Part shown: piece after piece, positions 58,161-64,000 of the stretch
Layout of the letters: each line of letters starts with the position of its first letter
How positions within the stretch are numbered: position 1 is the first letter of the stretch
Origin: Oceanispirochaeta sp.
GTDB lineage: Bacteria; Spirochaetota; Spirochaetia; DSM-2461
Reading direction: 5' to 3'
Assembly: GCA_963663385.2 (NCBI GenBank)
Contig: CAXXXD010000003.1
Span: forward strand, 192,001 to 256,000
DNA: 64,000 bases
Translations under genes and position numbers: made by a program
Notes under the pieces: model-generated
Told to the model about the DNA's origin: nothing
What the model saw: the letters and a program-made list of their open reading frames with translations, nothing else
Databases searched by the model: none

Positions 58161-59474
58161 TCAGCTATGGATTTCAGAGTTCTCCCGGTCAATCCGGCCC
58201 CTTTTTTCCCTGTATTTTCCAGGGGAAAGTCCGGCAATTTTCTTGAATACCTTTGTAAAATAGCTCTGATCTTCATAACCGACCATACCCGCAATTTCAA
58301 CCAGAGAGAATTTGCTGTTTAACAGGAGGTTTTTGCTTTTCTCAATCCGAACCTGATTCAGGTAGGTATTGAAGTTGCATTTCATCTCCTCTTTAAAAAT
58401 TTTACTGAAGTAAGCGGGACTCAGGTAAACCGATGATGCCACTTCATCCAGAGAGACTTTTTCGGCGAAATTCCTGTTGATATACTGAATGGCCTGGAAG
58501 ATGGCATCCGCGTGTTTGACATCCCTTAAATCAAATACAAGGTCGGCAAAGCGGACAATCACTTTTGCCAGCCAGCCGGCAATCCCCTCGATGGATGTGT
58601 AATAATTAATCTCTTTAAGGTAGTTGAAGTTCATACCGAATATCTGTTCCGCATCGGCTCCGCCTTCAACAGCTGCCCTGGAAAGCAGGACAAGGAGTTC
58701 CAGAACCCGGGCTTTGACAACATCAAAATTCCCGCCGGAGGAGAAGAAAATAACTCCGAGAATTTCGTTCAGGATCCGTCTGGCATTCTGGGAATCACCA
58801 ATCTGAATCAGGTGAAGCAGTTCCCTTTCTTTTTCTACAGGGTACTGGGATATTTCAATCTCCGAATGTTCCATCCGTTTAATGTATTGGATATACTCGG
58901 ATATCTGGGCCTGCTGATCCATGGTATCTTTTTTGGAAACCAGTTCGGAGGTCTGCCCCTCCGTCAGATAGCTGGCGGATATAAGGAGCATTTCGGAGAG
59001 GGCCTTGGCCCTTTCCGTGGTAAGTGTCGGTATTCGGGACAGTTCCCGCCGGAAATCCTCTGAATCCGGCAGATCACGGCCGTATTTCATTCTGAGTTCA
59101 TCAACCAGTTCATCCGGCTCTATTATAAGGGCGGGACCGGCCACCAGGGCTCCGGACATCAGCCCCTCTTCCATCAGGGGCGAAGACCAGTGAAGCAGGG
59201 ATACCGGGCAGAAATACATATAGCTGCCCCCGAATCTTTCGGACTGATACCCGCCGTAAAGGTGTGACTGGCGGCAGTTCAGGCGGGTGCCGGTAATCTC
59301 TACCATACGGCTGCAGACAGGACAGAAGGAGTCAATGACACCCTCTCTGGAAAGGCGGTTTCCCTTGTTATTTATAACAAAACATTCTATCCCTGTTGCC
59401 CGGGTGTAGGTTTCAGCCATCTCTATGGCCTTTTCAAAAAAGGGAGAAATATAATCTCTTGCTTTGTTACTCAT
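58161..59474 (-). CDS. PocR-sensor AraC-family regulator
   Basis: PocR cysteines (FCPVC, NC, YFCPVSL) and a C-terminal HTH (IAGMVGYEDQSYFTKVFKK). Confidence 0.92.
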   Translation of the reverse strand: MSNKARDYISPFFEKAIEMAETYTRATGIECFVINNKGNRLSREGVIDSFCPVCSRMVEITGTRLNCRQSHLYGGYQSERFGGSYMYFCPVSLLHWSSPLMEEGLMSGALVAGPALIIEPDELVDELRMKYGRDLPDSEDFRRELSRIPTLTTERAKALSEMLLISASYLTEGQTSELVSKKDTMDQQAQISEYIQYIKRMEHSEIEISQYPVEKERELLHLIQIGDSQNARRILNEILGVIFFSSGGNFDVVKARVLELLVLLSRAAVEGGADAEQIFGMNFNYLKEINYYTSIEGIAGWLAKVIVRFADLVFDLRDVKHADAIFQAIQYINRNFAEKVSLDEVASSVYLSPAYFSKIFKEEMKCNFNTYLNQVRIEKSKNLLLNSKFSLVEIAGMVGYEDQSYFTKVFKKIAGLSPGKYREKRGRIDRENSEIHS

Positions 59475-59478
59475 TAGT

Positions 59479-61320
59479 TCATTTTATACATAAAAGGGAT
59501 TCTGGAAAATACATATTCATAATATATTCGTCCTGGAAACCCTTGTGAGAGGATAATTCCAGGTATTCCGCGGTATTCTGGATCTCTTCACAATGTTTCA
59601 GGTCATCCCTGTTCAGCGCCGTGCAGATAACTCCGGAACCGCAGGAGTTCCCCACGGTCACAATCCTGTCTTTCAACTCTTCAGGGAGCAGCCCGATTTC
59701 AAGAGCGCTTTTCTTATTGATGAAGGATCCGAACCCGCCTGCAAGGAAAACATGTTTGATTTCATCCATGGAGTGGCCTGATTCCTTGATAAGGGTTTGT
59801 ATCCCCGCTGCAATGGAGCCTTTGGCCAGCTGCACTTCCCTCAGGTCCTTCTGACTGAAAAAGACTTCCTTATTATCCCTTGTTATTATAAAGCGGCTGT
59901 TATTCTCATCGGATTCAAGGAAACCCAGATTCTCCGGAGGAGTATCTCCCCAGTCCGATTCATCCTGAAACCGGCCTGTATAGTCGGCGATTCCTGTTCT
60001 GAGAAGATAGGCTGTCATATCGATGATACCGGATCCGCAGATGCCCGTTGCAGGCTGGTCCTGAATAGTCTCCCATTCCAGAACCCCGTCTTCTCCGCAG
60101 ACTTTGCTGATAGCCCCGGGGATGCCTCCGGTTCCGCACTGTATATTCGCTCCCTCGAAAGCCGGACCGGCTGCGGTAGAGCAGGTAAGGATACGGTCCC
60201 TGTTGCCGAGGGCTATCTCTCCATTGGTTCCGATATCCACCAGAAGAGATATATCGTCGGATACGCTCATGCCGGTTGAAAGTATACCGGCAACAATATC
60301 GGCGCCGATATAGGCCGACAGGGAGGGCAGCAGGATAAAACGGATCTGCCGGGGCAGCCGGGAACCCAGCTCTCCGGGAGTCAGTATCATTTTCTCTGTT
60401 GAAGCCGGGATAAAGGGTGCCACGGCCAGGTGCCGGGGATTCAGACCGCTGAAAATATGCATCATTGTGGTATTCCCCGCCAGAAAAATCCCCTGTATAT
60501 CATTTTCTTCCAGGTCCGCATCCATCAGGGCGTCCGTATAGAGTGTTTCTATCTGTTTGAGGATCCGGTCCTGCAGTTTTTTCAGTTTTTCAGGATCTTC
60601 ACCGATATAATCGATCCGGGAAATAACGTCTCCGCCAAAACTCTTCTGTCTGTTCAATCCGGATTCTGTAGCGGCAACTTCTCCTGTTTTTAAATTCAGC
60701 AAATAGGCAACAACCGTTGTTGTCCCTATATCTACAGCCAGGGCATATTGCTTTTCCGATGTATCTCCGGATTCCAGGGCTGTTATTTCACTGCCGCAGA
60801 GGGTTGCCGTAATCAGCTCACTTTCTCTGATTACAAAGGGCAGCTGTTTTCTGATACTATGATCTTGTATACGGGATCCTTCCGGGAGCTTTTCAAGAAG
60901 CCTCTGTTCATCCGGTCTCTGATCTTCCAGAGTCGGTTCTTCAGTCTGAAGGCATACTTTTTTTATAAGAGGATCGACGGGACCCTGATAAGCCCTGCCT
61001 TCGGTCTGAATATTCCCGGATTCCAGAGTGTTGATAAAGGCCAGTTCCACCGGTCCCATCGCTCTTGCCTGACAGGCCAGACGAACTCCCCTGCTGATTT
61101 CATTTTCATCCAGGAGTTTCTTCTCTTCCGGGGTGAGGGGAGAAATGTCTCCTCCTATGATTTTTATCCGGCACTTGCCGCAGGTCCCCTTTCCGCCGCA
61201 GGGCGCATCCAGGGTGATCTCCGGAATATGATTAAGCGCCTCTAGCAAATTCATATCTTTCCGAATCGTTTCATTGATAATACGGCTTCCATCATGTAAA
61301 GTTAAATGTACGGTTTCCAT
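59479..61320 (-). CDS. Reductive activator of corrinoid proteins (RACo/ASKHA, DUF4445) with N-terminal 2Fe-2S domain
   Basis: CGGKGTCGKC..RLACQ, DIGTTT, GGDVISRI, DIGTNGE, AAGPAFEG, GICGSG and LAGGFG. Confidence 0.94.
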   Translation of the reverse strand: METVHLTLHDGSRIINETIRKDMNLLEALNHIPEITLDAPCGGKGTCGKCRIKIIGGDISPLTPEEKKLLDENEISRGVRLACQARAMGPVELAFINTLESGNIQTEGRAYQGPVDPLIKKVCLQTEEPTLEDQRPDEQRLLEKLPEGSRIQDHSIRKQLPFVIRESELITATLCGSEITALESGDTSEKQYALAVDIGTTTVVAYLLNLKTGEVAATESGLNRQKSFGGDVISRIDYIGEDPEKLKKLQDRILKQIETLYTDALMDADLEENDIQGIFLAGNTTMMHIFSGLNPRHLAVAPFIPASTEKMILTPGELGSRLPRQIRFILLPSLSAYIGADIVAGILSTGMSVSDDISLLVDIGTNGEIALGNRDRILTCSTAAGPAFEGANIQCGTGGIPGAISKVCGEDGVLEWETIQDQPATGICGSGIIDMTAYLLRTGIADYTGRFQDESDWGDTPPENLGFLESDENNSRFIITRDNKEVFFSQKDLREVQLAKGSIAAGIQTLIKESGHSMDEIKHVFLAGGFGSFINKKSALEIGLLPEELKDRIVTVGNSCGSGVICTALNRDDLKHCEEIQNTAEYLELSSHKGFQDEYIMNMYFPESLLCIK

Positions 61321-61432
61321 TTGCCGGGCTCCTATATTATGGTTTTTACTATATTAGAAAGTTAAACCTCACTGTAAGGGAAATCTTGTACAATTCTATA
61401 ATATTTTTGTATTTTTCTGTGACGGAGTTAAA

Positions 61433-62623
61433 ATGAAAAAGACAGCTCTTCTTACACTCTTCTTCCTTCTGCCTATGCTGTTGACAGCCACACCTCAGGA
61501 GGATTTTATGACAGCTCTGAGGGAATCCCGTCTGGCTGATGCGGGAGTGTATCTCCGAAACGGCGGCAATATTAATGAAGCCATAGAGAACGGTCGTACG
61601 GCTCTTCAGATAATGTGCGGCGAACAGCGCAGTTCTGTGGTCCGCTGGATTCTGGATCAGGGAGCCGATCCCGATCTGGTGGGATCTGACGGGAGGACGC
61701 CCCTTATGCAGGCTGCCCTCATCGGCAGCAGGGATATTGCGCAGATCCTTATTTTGAGGGGAGCAGAAATTAACTGGCAGGATTCCTTCGGGAATACCCC
61801 TCTTCAGATAGCTGTCAATTCGGGGCATTGGGAGCTTGCTTCCTACCTGGAAGACAAAGGCGGCCGTATCCTGGAAGGGTATTTTGAACACCCTGTCCTG
61901 AGTGAGATCTGGACGAGGAGGCAGCATTATAAAGAGGCACTCAGGCTTCCTGAAAAACGCTGGGAAGGCTATGCCTTTTTGTATGAGGTGCTGCAGGGGA
62001 ACTACAGGACGGTTAAATCCCTGCTTGATGGCGGGGTATCTCCGGATACCGCCGATACGGAAGGTGTTTCCGCCCTGATGATGGCTGCGTCGCTGCCGGA
62101 TCATTACCTTTCTGACCTGCTCCTGAACAGGGGAGCGGATTATAAACGCCGTGATTCCATGGGACTGGATTGTCTGTGGTATGCGTCCTTTGAGGGCAGG
62201 GCGGATCTGGTTGAGCGGTTGATTGAGTCTGGAGTATCCCTTCAGGGGAATTTTCTGGAAAACTCGCCGCTCTTTGCCGCTTTTGCAGGGGGACGGCATA
62301 AGGTTATGGAGACCCTTCTGAAAGCCGGGGCGGACCCGCGGCAGAGCGGGAGGCTCGGGGCCTGTCTGGTTCACTATGCCGCCTTTACGGGAGATATGAG
62401 AACCCTCCGTATTCTGGATGAGCACGGGGCGGATCCGGATTCATCCGACGGGGATGGGAAAAAAGCCCTGGATTACCTTGTCCTGGGATTTAATTTAAGC
62501 GAAAACGAAGGGCTTTACCTTGAGCCGGCCCGGTTTCTCAAGGAGAAAAAAGTCGGATATACCATTGACCCTTATATAAGCGGAAATGATAAACTCTCTA
62601 AAATAATAGCATCCAACTGGTAA
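61433..62623 (+). CDS. Exported ankyrin-repeat protein
   Basis: Signal peptide and repeated G.TPL..AA / LL..GADP units. Confidence 0.9.
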   Translation: MKKTALLTLFFLLPMLLTATPQEDFMTALRESRLADAGVYLRNGGNINEAIENGRTALQIMCGEQRSSVVRWILDQGADPDLVGSDGRTPLMQAALIGSRDIAQILILRGAEINWQDSFGNTPLQIAVNSGHWELASYLEDKGGRILEGYFEHPVLSEIWTRRQHYKEALRLPEKRWEGYAFLYEVLQGNYRTVKSLLDGGVSPDTADTEGVSALMMAASLPDHYLSDLLLNRGADYKRRDSMGLDCLWYASFEGRADLVERLIESGVSLQGNFLENSPLFAAFAGGRHKVMETLLKAGADPRQSGRLGACLVHYAAFTGDMRTLRILDEHGADPDSSDGDGKKALDYLVLGFNLSENEGLYLEPARFLKEKKVGYTIDPYISGNDKLSKIIASNW

Positions 62624-62654
62624 TACTGTTCGAAAGCTTTTATGGGAGGATTTA

Positions 62655-63134
62655 ATGATCGATTTTATAGCAGATAATTTTTACTATGTTTTTCTGGCAT
62701 GGATTGTACTGAGCCTTATGCAGCGGCGGCATCGCGGCAGAGGGGATAAGAAAAGAACTGCGACACTTATTCAGAGTGTTATGATTTTTATTGTCTACAT
62801 AGGCGCCATGGTCATCCGGGAAGAGGGACTGGAGGAGAAGTGGATTGTGATTCCCCTTGCCATTGTGGCGGGTATCCTCTATTTTTTCCGTTCCAAAGTG
62901 CTGCCCTATGAACGCAGATGCCGTAACTGCGGTGCCAAACTTAATATGAATCAGATTTTTATGTTTGATGCCAACCTTTGCGCCGATTGTGATCCTGATG
63001 AAAAAGGGGAGGATCCCCAAACTGCCCCGGGAGAAGCTGAGGATACAGACGAGGATAGCTCAGACGAAACAGGGGAATCCGATTTGAATCTCCCGGAGGG
63101 GGATGTTAGAATTGAAGAGGAATCTGACAAGTAA
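62655..63134 (+). CDS. Hypothetical membrane protein with CxxC..CxxC zinc-ribbon and acidic tail
   Basis: Three TM segments, CRNC...CADC, and GGAGG RBS. Confidence 0.7.
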   Translation: MIDFIADNFYYVFLAWIVLSLMQRRHRGRGDKKRTATLIQSVMIFIVYIGAMVIREEGLEEKWIVIPLAIVAGILYFFRSKVLPYERRCRNCGAKLNMNQIFMFDANLCADCDPDEKGEDPQTAPGEAEDTDEDSSDETGESDLNLPEGDVRIEEESDK

Positions 63135-63155
63135 CTGAATGAACAGGAGGGAGCT

Positions 63156-63494
63156 ATGGATTTACAGGAAAAACTTGCCGATCTGATTATTTTGGATGAC
63201 CCCGCTGTCATCAGCAAAACCGCAGAAGTGCTGGAAGGATTGAAATACTCACCTGTTCTCCTCAGTGATTTTCCGGATTTCCTCAGAGTAGACAGCAAAC
63301 GCTTCTTTTCTGAAGTGGAACGTATGATCCAGGGTGGCTCTTCCTTAACTGAACTTCCGGAAGGGGAAACAGCCGAATCCTTCCTGGAGAAACAGGTATC
63401 CCTCCTTGTTTACCATTATAAACTGCTGAACCGTCTGCGCCGTGATGATACGGCCGCCTGGGATGAAATCAACGAGCTGATGGAAGATGATTAA
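63156..63494 (+). CDS. Hypothetical protein
   Basis: AGGAGG RBS and a 112-aa ORF in an apparent operon. Confidence 0.7.
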   Translation: MDLQEKLADLIILDDPAVISKTAEVLEGLKYSPVLLSDFPDFLRVDSKRFFSEVERMIQGGSSLTELPEGETAESFLEKQVSLLVYHYKLLNRLRRDDTAAWDEINELMEDD

Positions 63495-64000
63495 AATCAG
63501 AAAACTGGCGGGGAAGCTTCTGCTTCCCCTCTATTTTTATTTCACACTGTCCCTTATCCTGAGCAGTATTGTATCGGGATTTTTCGAACATTTTTCCTTT
63601 ATGCCTTTTGCTGAGATTACTGAGCTGATAAAGGATAACAGGAGCAATATCGAAACCATATTCAAAGCCGGTGAAGAGATGGAAGATTCCCCGGAAGTTC
63701 TGCAGAGTGAAATGAAGCTGGAAGAGGAGATTGCAAGCCGTTTCGGCGAAGAGGGACGGATGTCGGTGGAACATATCCTTTATGATAAATATCCCCTTTA
63801 CAGGACAAAATCCCCTGTTTTTTTTCTTTATCTTCTGATCCTGATATGGTTGTGGCCTGTATACAGGCATATTTTCAGCAGGGATACGGATACCCCCGAT
63901 CGGGCGGCCCGACGGGTGCTTAACCTTTCCCTTGTCCTTTTTATTCTTCCCTGGATAAGTGGTTTATGGGGATTGTTTGTCAAACTCCATTTCCGTTCTC
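63487..64000 (+). CDS. Membrane protein, partial (runs off the window end)
   Basis: ATG 63487 overlaps the previous stop. MIKIRKLAGKLLLPLYFYFTLSLILSS... stays open to the end with several hydrophobic segments. Confidence 0.65.
   Translation, partial: MIKIRKLAGKLLLPLYFYFTLSLILSSIVSGFFEHFSFMPFAEITELIKDNRSNIETIFKAGEEMEDSPEVLQSEMKLEEEIASRFGEEGRMSVEHILYDKYPLYRTKSPVFFLYLLILIWLWPVYRHIFSRDTDTPDRAARRVLNLSLVLFILPWISGLWGLFVKLHFRS

Noticed and set aside
61349..62425. 358-aa minus-strand ORF
   Set aside because: Antisense to the ankyrin-repeat gene.
1..64000. CRISPR array, rRNA, IS elements, anti-phage systems
   Set aside because: No regularly spaced repeats, rRNA-like sequence, transposase or recognisable defence genes were found by eye.

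Overview
Chromosomal window from an anaerobic bacterium, most likely a free-living spirochaete. That assignment is an inference from spirochaete-style 'A/NGGQ' solute-binding-protein leaders and overall gene content. In order it holds: (1) a CitA/DcuS-type sensor kinase, an FMN-bind fumarate-reductase-like flavo-lipoprotein and a near-complete Listeria-type flavin-based extracellular electron transfer (FLEET) gene set (Ndh2-DoxX, polyprenyl synthase, EcfT-like, Gx transporter, NusG-II), whose Ndh2 carries three SAAS flavinylation-like motifs; (2) an MCP, small proteins and an Ala/Gly symporter; (3) a membrane-anchored AraC regulator with two paralogous SBPs, permeases, a UroD/MT-fold protein and a GH31 glycosidase; (4) tRNA-Gly, MFS, FHA-cyclase, ogt and asnA; (5) a TetR-controlled hypB - large Fe-S flavoprotein - hypA operon with no hydrogenase or urease in the window; (6) tRNA-Leu followed by an AT-richer islet with an FGE/C-type-lectin lipoprotein; (7) two sugar catabolism clusters; (8) pstSCAB-phoU-phoB-phoR with Pho-box-like repeats and an enlarged PstA; (9) galM, a cobalamin-riboswitch-led corrinoid protein, a PocR regulator and a RACo activator. 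No CRISPR array, transposase, integrase or reverse transcriptase was seen. The best candidates for undescribed biology are the orphan HypA/HypB flavoprotein operon, the FLEET-like locus and a possible split corrinoid-dependent sugar O-demethylation system.
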